37,730 nt of DNA from an archaeon (GTDB taxonomy: Archaea > Micrarchaeota > Micrarchaeia > Anstonellales > Bilamarchaeaceae): contig JAGVON010000067.1 of assembly GCA_020052735.1 (NCBI GenBank), positions 1 through 37,730 of the forward strand, given 5' to 3'. Position numbers and translations under genes: made by a program. Each line of letters opens with the position of its first letter. Within the stretch, counting starts at the first letter, position 1. Of this stretch, positions 8,448 to 16,863 are shown one piece after another. Under the pieces are notes generated by a model that saw nothing but the letters and a program-made list of their open reading frames with translations, made no database searches and was not told the origin of the DNA.

Positions 8448-9584
8448 ATGGCTTCCATAGAAGAGGTTCAGTCGTTCCTGCTGGGGCTTCCCGGCGGGCA
8501 GATAACGCTTGCGCTGGTTGTGTTCGTGGTTTCCGCATTTGTATTGTACTACGCGGCGATACTGCTTATCGCCCTGTTCAAGAAGGTGAGCTCAAAGACC
8601 AAGACCACGCTGGACGACATACTCGCGGACAAGGTGAGGAGGCCGCTGAAGCTCATATCCATTGTTGTTGCCGCTTTCCTTGCATCCGGGGCCGCGTACC
8701 CGGACGCGGTGCTCGCAGGGCATTCCACGGTTGAGATATTCAAAGTGCTGCTGATGCTCTGTGCAATCATCCTCATAGACGCGGTCGTGGACGGGCTGCT
8801 GATATGGTACGGGAAGGAGATTGCGCCCAGGACCTCCAGCAAGTTTGACGACGAGGTGTTTCCCCTCTTCAGGAAGGTCGCGCGCGTGCTCATATACGTG
8901 CTGGGCATACTCATCATACTTAGCGAGCTGGGCGTGGAGATTGCGCCCCTGATTGCGGGATTGGGGATTGCGGGGTTGGCGGTTGCCCTTGCGCTGCAGG
9001 ACACGCTGGGGAACTTCTTCGCCGGGGTGTATATGCTCGCGGACAAGCCCATCCGGCCGAACGACTACATAAGGATAGACGGGACGGAGGTGGAGGGCTC
9101 GGTGGTGGAGGTGGGCTGGAGGAGCACGAAGATACTCACCCTTGCGAACAATTACGTTTTTGTGCCGAACTCAAAAGTGGCGCAGAGCATAATAATCAAC
9201 TATTATAGCCCGGAGAGCCGGCTGGGGTACGTGATGGACTTCACGGCTAGCTATGATGATGAGCCGGGGAAGGTGGTGGAGGCGCTGCTGGAGGCGGCGA
9301 AGGAGGTGGAGAAGAGGACCGGCAAGATAACCTCGGGAGGCGGGGTCACCTGGGCGAGGCCGGACACCTTCGGGGAAAGCGCCATAAACTACAAGGTGGG
9401 GGTGCAGGTTCCCACCTATGTGGACAAGTATGCGGTGAAGGGGGAGATGGTGAAAGAGGTCTATACGCAGTTCAGGAAGAGTGGTATCACAATCCCTTTC
9501 CCCACACGGACTGTTTATCTGAAGGGGGACATGGATACGGGTAAAGGCAAGGAAATTAGAATAAAGAAAGGAAGGGGCGCTTAG
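8448..9584 (+). CDS. MscS-family small-conductance mechanosensitive channel
   Basis: There are TM helices followed by the pore-helix and beta-domain signature …LAVALALQDTLGNFFAGVYMLADKPIRPNDYIRIDG…GSVVEVGWRSTKI…VFVPNSKVAQSIIINY…. Confidence 0.85.
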   Translation: MASIEEVQSFLLGLPGGQITLALVVFVVSAFVLYYAAILLIALFKKVSSKTKTTLDDILADKVRRPLKLISIVVAAFLASGAAYPDAVLAGHSTVEIFKVLLMLCAIILIDAVVDGLLIWYGKEIAPRTSSKFDDEVFPLFRKVARVLIYVLGILIILSELGVEIAPLIAGLGIAGLAVALALQDTLGNFFAGVYMLADKPIRPNDYIRIDGTEVEGSVVEVGWRSTKILTLANNYVFVPNSKVAQSIIINYYSPESRLGYVMDFTASYDDEPGKVVEALLEAAKEVEKRTGKITSGGGVTWARPDTFGESAINYKVGVQVPTYVDKYAVKGEMVKEVYTQFRKSGITIPFPTRTVYLKGDMDTGKGKEIRIKKGRGA

Positions 9585-10033
9585 TCTTCCGCGCCCGCCT
9601 TCTTGAAGAGCTTCACTATCTTCGTCTTTATGGTGGTCGGGATTGGCACCGCCATCTCCACGAACTCCACCACGAGCTCGTCCTTGTTCTCGTTCACCTT
9701 GGTCACGCGGGCTTTCTCCCCCTTGAACGGCCCGCTCTTTATCTCCACGGTGTCGCCCACTTCCACGACCATGGAGGCCGGCTTCTCAACCGTGACCATC
9801 TTCTGTATCTCCTCTATTGTTATGGTCTTCTTGAGCATGCCCTTGACGTGCCTGGTGTTGTGCGCGAGCTTCGCCGCGTCCTCGTCGCTTGCGACCTCCA
9901 CGAACACATAACCCTTCACGTTCTCCGGGACCAGGAGGGAATAGACCGCGAGGCGCTGCACCCTGGCTTTTTTTTCAAGCATCTGCGAGACGATCTTTTC
10001 CTGCCCTGTTGTCACCCTGAATATGTATATCAT
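9581..10033 (-). CDS. spt5: Transcription elongation factor Spt5 (archaeal NusG)
   Basis: The NGN domain is MIYIFRVTTGQEKIV… and the KOW motif is GDTVEIKSGPFKGEKARVTKV. I trimmed to the ATG at 10033. The track's GTG at 10042 abuts the secE stop. Confidence 0.88.
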   Translation of the reverse strand: MIYIFRVTTGQEKIVSQMLEKKARVQRLAVYSLLVPENVKGYVFVEVASDEDAAKLAHNTRHVKGMLKKTITIEEIQKMVTVEKPASMVVEVGDTVEIKSGPFKGEKARVTKVNENKDELVVEFVEMAVPIPTTIKTKIVKLFKKAGAED

Positions 10034-10042
10034 GCATGCCAC

Positions 10043-10198
10043 CTAGATTACTGTGAATATCACGAACATTATCACGCCAACCACGCCCACGATGAGCATC
10101 CCGGCGCCCGCAATCTTCATTATCTCGTCCAGCTCCCGGTTCGTCGGCTTCCTTGCTATACGCAGGATCCTTATGCAGCGGGATATCAGTTCTTTCAT
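10043..10198 (-). CDS. secE: Preprotein translocase subunit SecE (Sec61 gamma); not in the supplied ORF track
   Basis: My manual translation gives MKELISRCIRILRIARKPTNRELDEIMKIAGAGMLIVGVVGVIMFVIFTVI* (51 aa). It has the ARKPxxxE motif plus a single C-terminal TM helix. It sits immediately upstream of spt5, as in the conserved archaeal ftsZ-secE-nusG order. A GGTGA Shine-Dalgarno motif lies 4 nt upstream of the ATG. Confidence 0.7.
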   Translation of the reverse strand: MKELISRCIRILRIARKPTNRELDEIMKIAGAGMLIVGVVGVIMFVIFTVI

Positions 10199-10199
10199 A

Positions 10200-10218
10200 T
10201 TTTCACCTTCGGTGAAAA
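10200..10218 (-). promoter_or_regulatory. Perfect 8-bp hairpin containing the secE Shine-Dalgarno sequence
   Basis: The plus strand reads TTTTCACC-TTC-GGTGAAAA. On the mRNA strand this is UUUUCACC GAA GGUGAAAA, ending 1 nt before the secE AUG. Confidence 0.4.
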
Positions 10219-10301
10219 GACTGACAAAATTCTGCCCGATTTTCGCATCGGCGAAAATGGGCGCATTTTTCCTTCTGGAAAAATAGCGCGGAATTTTATC
10301 A

Positions 10302-11399
10302 TCATCCTATCACGTCCAAATCTATATCGTCTGTCGGCGATGGGTTCTCGCTCTCCACCGAATACTTGGGGAACTTCACCCCTCCCAGCACGACCAGCAC
10401 CTTTATGGATGCCTTCTGGAGGTTCGGCTCAATCCTGGAGCCCCAGATTATGTGGGCGCCGGGGTGTATCCTCTTGCTTGTCTCGGATACTATCAATTCC
10501 GCCTCCTTTAAGGTCATGTCCTCGCCCCCGATTACGTTCACGAGGGCGCGGCTTGCGCCTGAGATGTCCGCATCCAGCAGCGGGGAATTGAGCGCCGTTT
10601 CTATTGCAATGGTGGAGCGCTCCTCGCTCTTCGCATCCACGGACGCCTCGCCCAATCCGATTACGGAGTAGCCCGCGCCGGAAAGGATGGTCTTGAGGTC
10701 GGCGAAATCCACATTTACCAATCCGGATTTTGTGATTAGCTCTGCGATGCCCTTTACCGAGCCCGCGAGGACCTCGTCGCAGACCTTGAACGCCGTGTTC
10801 AGCGGGAGGTCGGGGGCGATTGTGAGCAATTTGTTGTTTCGGATAACTATGAGGGTGTCTGTGTTCTTCCTGAGCGCCTCCAACCCGGCGAGCGCGTTCT
10901 CCATCCTCACCCTTCCTTCGGAGTTGAAGGGGAGCGTTACTACCGCTATTGTGAGGGCGCCCATTTTCTTGGCTTCCTCCGCGATTATGGGTGCGCTTCC
11001 GGTGCCGGTTCCGCCGCCCAGGCCGCAGGTGACGAAGACCATGTTTGCGTCCTTTATCGCATCCTTTATCTCTTCCATGCTCTCCTTTGCGGCGCTTGCG
11101 CCGATTTCGGGGTTGCTCCCCGCGCCCCTCCCTTTTGTGAGCTGCTTGCCGATGAGGATTTTCCTGTTCGCGCGCACCTTGAGGAGGTGGCGGGCATCCG
11201 TATTTACGCCTATGAGGGTAACGCCGTCCACGCCCAATTCAAATAACCTGTCTACTGTGTTTGTGCCGCTGCCGCCAGCGCCCACGACGTATACGTGGGG
11301 CTTGGATTCCTCTATGAATCTCAGTATCTCCTCGTCCTCCTTGGAAACGGGGGCGGATGAGAGTTCCTTTATCTTGTCCTCAATCGTCACATGGCACAC
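10302..11399 (-). CDS. ftsZ: Cell division GTPase FtsZ
   Basis: It carries the tubulin signature GGGTGTGSAPIIAEEAKK, together with VVGAGGSGTN, LTKGRGAGSNPEIG and NVDFADLKT. Confidence 0.93.
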   Translation of the reverse strand: MCHVTIEDKIKELSSAPVSKEDEEILRFIEESKPHVYVVGAGGSGTNTVDRLFELGVDGVTLIGVNTDARHLLKVRANRKILIGKQLTKGRGAGSNPEIGASAAKESMEEIKDAIKDANMVFVTCGLGGGTGTGSAPIIAEEAKKMGALTIAVVTLPFNSEGRVRMENALAGLEALRKNTDTLIVIRNNKLLTIAPDLPLNTAFKVCDEVLAGSVKGIAELITKSGLVNVDFADLKTILSGAGYSVIGLGEASVDAKSEERSTIAIETALNSPLLDADISGASRALVNVIGGEDMTLKEAELIVSETSKRIHPGAHIIWGSRIEPNLQKASIKVLVVLGGVKFPKYSVESENPSPTDDIDLDVIG

Positions 11400-11449
11400 C
11401 CTAAAGCTAGTAGTGGATAATACTTCTTTGCAAAGATTTTAAATAATGC

Positions 11450-11456
11450 TTTAAAC
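11450..11456 (+). promoter_or_regulatory. Candidate TATA box for the tRNA-Arg gene
   Basis: TTTAAAC is centred about 27 nt upstream of tRNA position 1 (11480). Confidence 0.4.
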
Positions 11457-11479
11457 GTAATATTGCTGTTATCTGGTTA

Positions 11480-11553
11480 GCCCTCATAGTCTAGCTTGGA
11501 TAGGACGCAAGCTTGCGGAGCTTGGAACCGGGGTTCAAATCCCCGTGAGGGCG
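11480..11553 (+). tRNA. tRNA-Arg (anticodon GCG)
   Basis: I folded the cloverleaf by hand. The acceptor stem is GCCCTCA/TGAGGGC (7 of 7 paired). The D-stem is GTCT/GGAC. The anticodon stem is CAAGC/GCTTG with loop TTGCGGA. The T-arm is CGGGG-TTCAAAT-CCCCG. The discriminator is G. It is 74 nt long and CCA is not encoded. Confidence 0.85.
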
Positions 11554-11557
11554 TATC

Positions 11558-11562
11558 TTTTT
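11558..11562 (+). terminator. Oligo-T tract directly after the tRNA
   Basis: TTTTT begins 5 nt after the tRNA 3' end, a typical archaeal termination signal. The overlapping TTTTTAATTA may also act as the TATA box for the AAA+ gene, whose ATG at 11588 is about 26 nt downstream. Confidence 0.35.
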
Positions 11563-11587
11563 AATTACTAGAGAAGATTTTGGGGGT

Positions 11588-14278
11588 ATGCAGGGTGCGG
11601 TAGGGCGGAGCCTTAACGAGCAGAAAGTCTTCTCCTATGCGAAACTCGTGGAGAAGAGCGAGGGCTTCTGGAATTCCATTCTCGTATTTTTGGGGGCGCT
11701 TTCCCTCCTTTCCGCGATTCCATTCTATCCGCTTCCCGTCGCGTTCGTGGCTGCGCTGGTGTGCGGGGCGATTGCGTTCAAGGCGCCGCATTTCGGGGTT
11801 GCGCTGGGCGTGCTCCTTGTGCTGCCGGCGCTTGCTTATCAGTCTACTATACTGGCGTGGATAGGGTTGCTCCTGTTTGCGCTCGTGCTCTTTGAGATGT
11901 TTGACAATTGGGGAGTGATTGCGCTGCTGGAGGTGGTGTGCCTCGCCCCTTTTGCGGCTTATCCGTTTGCGATGTTCGCCGGTTTTATTTACCTGATGAT
12001 GGCGTGGGGAAGCCTGCATTTCGGCTCGCACAAGAGCGTCATCATTTCTGTCCCTGCGGTGCTGCTCATACTGCTATTGTCCTCGTTATGGTTGGTGCAG
12101 AACAACGCGTATTTCCCGGTAACCATGAGTTTGTACGAGCCGGGGCTGGAGTCCCTGATGGTCTCAAAGCCGGCGATGGGCATGGGGGATTTTGCGGGTG
12201 CTATCGGGCCCGCGCTGGCGAATGCGTTCAACTTCGCCGGGGCGCGGGACATATTCCCGGCGATGGGGAAGATTTGGGACAACCTGATGCGGCTCCTGTT
12301 CATGGACTTCGGGCTTTTCCAGATAGCGGTTTGGGCGATTGCGCTGTATGCGGTGGGATGGCTGCCCGCGCAATTGAAGGGAAAGTGGACGCAGGCGGCG
12401 TCTGCGGCTGCGCTGCTGATTGTGCCTCTCCTTTATTTCGCCATGGGCATCGTGATGAGGTTCCCGTTCAATCCTATTATGCTGTTCTATGTGCTCGCAT
12501 CCATACTGGTGCTTGCCGCCCTTGATTTTGTTGGAGTTAAGGTTTCCAAGGAGAAGCAGATAAGGGCGAAGGAAAAACTGAAGGGCTTCGGCAAGCTGGG
12601 CGTGCAGGATTTGCGGCTGGGCGCGGGGGAGCGCGGGCTGGGCGACGTGGGCGGATATGAGGACGTGAAGAAGGAATTGAAGGATTCCATCATCACTCCA
12701 TTGCAGGAGAGGGAATTGGCGGATGCGTACGGGCTGAAGCCGCCTTCCGGGATACTTTTGTTCGGGCCGCCCGGCACTGGAAAGACGATGCTGATGAGGG
12801 CGTTCTCCAAGGAACTGGGATATGGATTTTATTATGTGAAAACTTCGGAGATTTTGAGCAAGTGGGTAGGCGAGAGCGAGAAGAACGTGAGCGAGATATT
12901 TGACACGGCGAGGAAGAGCGCGCCTGCGATAATATTCTTTGATGAGCTGGATGCGATAGGGAAGAAGAGGAGCGAGAGCGGCGTGGACGAGGTGGGGCCG
13001 CGCGTGCTCAGCACGCTGTTGCAGGAGATAGACGGGTACAAGGACGACAAGAAACCGGTGATTGTCGTGGGCGCCACAAACGTGCCGAACAAGCTGGACC
13101 CGGCGCTCATGAGGCCGGGGAGGTTTGATAAAATAATCTATATGCACCTCCCGGACCTGGAGGCGAGGAAGGCGATATTCAAAGTCCATATGTCCGGGAT
13201 ACCTACCGCGCCGGACGTGGACATCAACGCACTGGCGAAGAAGACGGACAGGTATTCCGGAGCGGACATAAAGAACGTGGTCACGGAGGCGCTGAACGCC
13301 GCGGCGCAGAAGGCGAAGGAGGCGAAGAAGATAATACCTGTGGGGATGGCGGACCTGCTCAATGTGCTGGGATACACGAAGCCGAGCACCACTTTTTCGC
13401 AGCTTGAGGATTATGAGGAGTTCAAGACGGACTTTGAGCGCTCAATCGCGAAGGAGGTGAAGCCCACCCAGGAGGAAAAGAAGGCGGTGGGCTGGAAGGA
13501 CGTCGCGGATTTGGAGGACGTTAAGGGCGCCTTCAAGGAGGCGATTGAGGTTCCGCTGCTGCATCCGGAGCTTATGGAAAAGTACGGGGTGAAGGCGACT
13601 GGCGGGATACTCATGTTCGGGCCGCCCGGCTGCGGGAAGACGCTCGTGGTGAAGGCGGCTGCGAACGAGATGGACGTCACCATGCTCACGGTTAGCGGGG
13701 CGCAATTGATGAAGAAGGGCTACGGGCACGCGGTGAATGTCATAAAGGAAACGTTCAACAGGGCGAGGGAGAATCCCCCGGCACTGGTTTTCGTGGATGA
13801 AATAGAAACAATAGCGCCATCAAGGGAAATGGGGAGGGCGGATGTGGTAGGGCAGTTCCTTACGGAGATGGACGGGCTGAAGGAACTGAAAGGGGTGGTG
13901 GTCATAGGGGCGACAAACAAGCCGTCCATGCTTGACCCGGCGATATTGAGGCCGGGGAGATTTGATAAAATATTTTACATCCATCCTCCGGATGCGAAAG
14001 GAAGGGAGCAGCTTTTTGCAATACACTTCGGGGAATTTGCGAAGGGGTTGGACTTGGCGAAGCTCGCACGGCTCTCTGAAGGGTTCTCCGGTGCGGACAT
14101 AGCGGCGCTCGCGCAGGAGGCGAAGATGCAGATGGTGAGGGACCGGCTTGCCGGAAGGGAGCCGCACACGAGCACGGACGATGTGCTGAGGATGCTTTCA
14201 ATGAGGAGGCCATCCATAACCGCGCAGGCGCTGATGGAGTACGAGGACTTCCTGCACGAATACGGGGAGAGGCATTAG
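11588..14278 (+). CDS. Membrane-anchored tandem AAA+ ATPase (CDC48/VCP-like D1-D2 fused to a polytopic N-terminal domain)
   Basis: The first roughly 330 aa are strongly hydrophobic, with about 8-10 predicted TM segments. Two complete AAA modules follow. D1 has Walker A GPPGTGKT (about 12763-12786) and Walker B IIFFDELD. D2 has Walker A GPPGCGKT (about 13621-13644) and Walker B LVFVDEIE. Both carry …PGRFDK… second-region-of-homology motifs. Confidence 0.85.
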   Translation: MQGAVGRSLNEQKVFSYAKLVEKSEGFWNSILVFLGALSLLSAIPFYPLPVAFVAALVCGAIAFKAPHFGVALGVLLVLPALAYQSTILAWIGLLLFALVLFEMFDNWGVIALLEVVCLAPFAAYPFAMFAGFIYLMMAWGSLHFGSHKSVIISVPAVLLILLLSSLWLVQNNAYFPVTMSLYEPGLESLMVSKPAMGMGDFAGAIGPALANAFNFAGARDIFPAMGKIWDNLMRLLFMDFGLFQIAVWAIALYAVGWLPAQLKGKWTQAASAAALLIVPLLYFAMGIVMRFPFNPIMLFYVLASILVLAALDFVGVKVSKEKQIRAKEKLKGFGKLGVQDLRLGAGERGLGDVGGYEDVKKELKDSIITPLQERELADAYGLKPPSGILLFGPPGTGKTMLMRAFSKELGYGFYYVKTSEILSKWVGESEKNVSEIFDTARKSAPAIIFFDELDAIGKKRSESGVDEVGPRVLSTLLQEIDGYKDDKKPVIVVGATNVPNKLDPALMRPGRFDKIIYMHLPDLEARKAIFKVHMSGIPTAPDVDINALAKKTDRYSGADIKNVVTEALNAAAQKAKEAKKIIPVGMADLLNVLGYTKPSTTFSQLEDYEEFKTDFERSIAKEVKPTQEEKKAVGWKDVADLEDVKGAFKEAIEVPLLHPELMEKYGVKATGGILMFGPPGCGKTLVVKAAANEMDVTMLTVSGAQLMKKGYGHAVNVIKETFNRARENPPALVFVDEIETIAPSREMGRADVVGQFLTEMDGLKELKGVVVIGATNKPSMLDPAILRPGRFDKIFYIHPPDAKGREQLFAIHFGEFAKGLDLAKLARLSEGFSGADIAALAQEAKMQMVRDRLAGREPHTSTDDVLRMLSMRRPSITAQALMEYEDFLHEYGERH

Positions 14279-14345
14279 CAAGAAATCAGGCACTATTATT
14301 TAAAGGCTAATCTGAGTATGGGTATGACTGTTAGGGGTTGGTGCT

Positions 14346-16844
14346 TTGAAAAAAGACTCTAGTTTAGATGGCGAGCACTTAAACTTTGCCATAGTTCCAA
14401 AAGCACATACTCCGATGTATTTGATGCACAAATACTGGGCTAGAAAGCCGCATAATGTTGTTAGTGAATACGTCAAGAATTATTCAAAAAAGGGCGAAAT
14501 TGTTCTGGATCCTTTTTCTGGAAGCGGCGTTACTGCCATAGAAGCGATTAGGGCTGGAAGAAAAGCTGTGGCATTTGATTTGAATCCGATGTCAATCCAG
14601 ATAACTAAAATGACTGCGATGCCTGCCGACATATCCAAAATCAAGTCAACTTTTGATGAAATCAAATGCAAATGTAAAGAAGACATCACCAATTTGTATC
14701 TAACGAGATGTAAAAAATGCTCCAAACCTGCAACGATATTGGCAACCATTTGGGATAAAACAAAGAACAAACCAGTGGAACTGAGATACTATTGCGACAC
14801 ATGCAAATCAAGAAGTTCTAAAGAGCCAGAAAATGAAGATTTGGAGTTATTGAAAAAAATAGAAAATATGAAGATACCGTTTTGGTACCCAGAAACCAGG
14901 CTTGCTTACAATGGCAAGGATTTTGTTAAGAAAGAAAAGTCGGATTATATTAAAGACCTCTACACAAAAAGAAACTTAGTCGCACTATCAATATTGCATG
15001 ATCAGATTGAAAAAATCAAGGATTCTAAAACTCAGGAATTTTTCAAATTCGCTTTTACTTCCATGGTCCATCTAGCGAGTAAAATGTGTCCTGTTGCAAA
15101 ACCAAGCGAACGTTCGCATTGGAGTAAGTTCAGCTCAACATCCTTCTGGGCTTTACAGAGCTACTGGATCCCGCCAATAAATATGGAATCAAATGTATGG
15201 ATGCTTTTCGAAAGTGCGATATGTGGAAAACAGGGGTTAATAAACGGAAAAACAGACTCAAATGAGACTATTGCGCGGTACAAGGAAGCAAAACAGTTTG
15301 AAGATCTAAATGATGATTCAAATATTTTTATCAAAAGACAAAATGTATTGGAGCTAGATCGAGCAATTCCTGCAAATTCAGTGGATTACATCTTCACTGA
15401 TCCACCGTATGGTGGTGCTGTCCAATATTTCGAATTGAGTACATTATGGGCGTCTTGGTTGAGATTGGATATGGACTACTTGGACGAGATAACTATAAAC
15501 TCTCAGCAAAGCAAAGATTTCGATTACTATCACAATATGCTCAAAGCGGCATTTACCCAGATGTACAAGATCCTTAAACCCGGCAGATATCTCACAGTCA
15601 CGTTCCATAGCACTGACATAAAGATTTGGAATTCCATCTTGAAAGCAGTGGTGTTTTCTGGGTTTGATCTTGAAAAAATTGTATATCAGCCTCCGGCGAG
15701 AGCATCCGCAAAAGGTCTTATGCAGCCGTACGGCAGCGCAGTAGGAGATTACTACCTTAGGTTCAGAAAGCCAAAAACAGAGAAACTTGTCACGGACAAG
15801 CAGCTTGACCATATGACATATGAAAGAACGGTAGTAAATGCAGCGACACGGATAATCGAAGAACGTGGCGAGCCGACTACGTACCAGCATATACTGAATG
15901 GCATTATGGTACAACTCAACGGAGGGAGAGATGCGCCACTGGGCGCACGTGGACTAGAAGACGTCCTCAAAAATAATACGGGTGAAGGCAAAAAGCTGTC
16001 AGTAGTTAATGTGACCGATGAGAAAGGGAAGAGAATGAGGATGTGGTGGCTCAATGGAGTCCCACTTACGCGCATGCGGCCGGCGTTATCTGAAAGAGTG
16101 GATCGAGCGGTTGTGGATGTTCTCAAGAGGCGTATGAAAGCAAGTTTTGATGATGTTCTTCAGGAGATTTTCATCCAATTCCCAAATGCGGTAACACCTG
16201 ATACTGATAGCGTTATCTCATCACTGGAGGAGTATGCAGATAAAACTCCGGATGGGATGTGGCGCCTTAAGCCGAAGGTTGTAGAACGGGAATCCCAACA
16301 CACTTCTATGATTTATCTACTCGCAATGATTGGTAAGAGATGCGGTTATGACGTATGGATTGGGCATAAGGAACAGGCTGATTCTTATCAAGGCAAGAAA
16401 CTTTCGGATTTATGCGACTTTGATTATGAGCCAAATATCAAGCTGGGTTTAACTAGCCACGAAATGGAACGGGTAAAACAAATAGATGTCATTTGGATCG
16501 ATAGGGGTACTCCGGAATACGAATTTGAAGTGGAGAATACAACTGGTATAACCGAAGCATTTGTCCGAGGTTCAAATCTGCCGCAAACAACTTACCCAAT
16601 GAAGAGATACATCGTTCTGCCAGACGAGCGCGAGCATTTGATGAGAAGGAAAATGAAAGAGCCGATGATAACTGAAGCAATGAAAGAAAACGGCTGGAAA
16701 GTTCTTTATTATGACGCTCTTCTCGCATTTTCTGAAAAAAACAAGAATGCAAAGAAGATGGATGCTAAAGAAATTGAGAGTCTTGTCTCAAAATTCAAGA
16801 CCGAAGATGAACATAAACAGACAAAGCTCTCAGAGATGTCATAG
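14346..16844 (+). CDS. Large alpha-type N6-adenine/N4-cytosine DNA methyltransferase with a Cys-rich insert and a C-terminal nuclease-like domain
   Basis: It has HKYWARKPHN. The AdoMet motif I is LDPFSGSGVT (14508-14528). A roughly 300-aa insert follows, with CxC…CxxC…CxxC. Catalytic motif IV is IFTDPPYGG (DPPY at 15399-15410). The C-terminal roughly 190 aa contain IDVIWIDRGTPEYEFEVEN (16485-16538). The start codon is uncertain: the track uses a TTG at 14346. Confidence 0.8.
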   Translation: MKKDSSLDGEHLNFAIVPKAHTPMYLMHKYWARKPHNVVSEYVKNYSKKGEIVLDPFSGSGVTAIEAIRAGRKAVAFDLNPMSIQITKMTAMPADISKIKSTFDEIKCKCKEDITNLYLTRCKKCSKPATILATIWDKTKNKPVELRYYCDTCKSRSSKEPENEDLELLKKIENMKIPFWYPETRLAYNGKDFVKKEKSDYIKDLYTKRNLVALSILHDQIEKIKDSKTQEFFKFAFTSMVHLASKMCPVAKPSERSHWSKFSSTSFWALQSYWIPPINMESNVWMLFESAICGKQGLINGKTDSNETIARYKEAKQFEDLNDDSNIFIKRQNVLELDRAIPANSVDYIFTDPPYGGAVQYFELSTLWASWLRLDMDYLDEITINSQQSKDFDYYHNMLKAAFTQMYKILKPGRYLTVTFHSTDIKIWNSILKAVVFSGFDLEKIVYQPPARASAKGLMQPYGSAVGDYYLRFRKPKTEKLVTDKQLDHMTYERTVVNAATRIIEERGEPTTYQHILNGIMVQLNGGRDAPLGARGLEDVLKNNTGEGKKLSVVNVTDEKGKRMRMWWLNGVPLTRMRPALSERVDRAVVDVLKRRMKASFDDVLQEIFIQFPNAVTPDTDSVISSLEEYADKTPDGMWRLKPKVVERESQHTSMIYLLAMIGKRCGYDVWIGHKEQADSYQGKKLSDLCDFDYEPNIKLGLTSHEMERVKQIDVIWIDRGTPEYEFEVENTTGITEAFVRGSNLPQTTYPMKRYIVLPDEREHLMRRKMKEPMITEAMKENGWKVLYYDALLAFSEKNKNAKKMDAKEIESLVSKFKTEDEHKQTKLSEMS

Positions 16845-16863
16845 CAAAATGAACTCGTTTCAA

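Noticed and set aside
10053-10286. 77-aa plus-strand ORF in the spt5-ftsZ spacer.
   Set aside because: The opposite strand encodes a textbook SecE with a ribosome-binding site, in the conserved ftsZ-secE-spt5 position.
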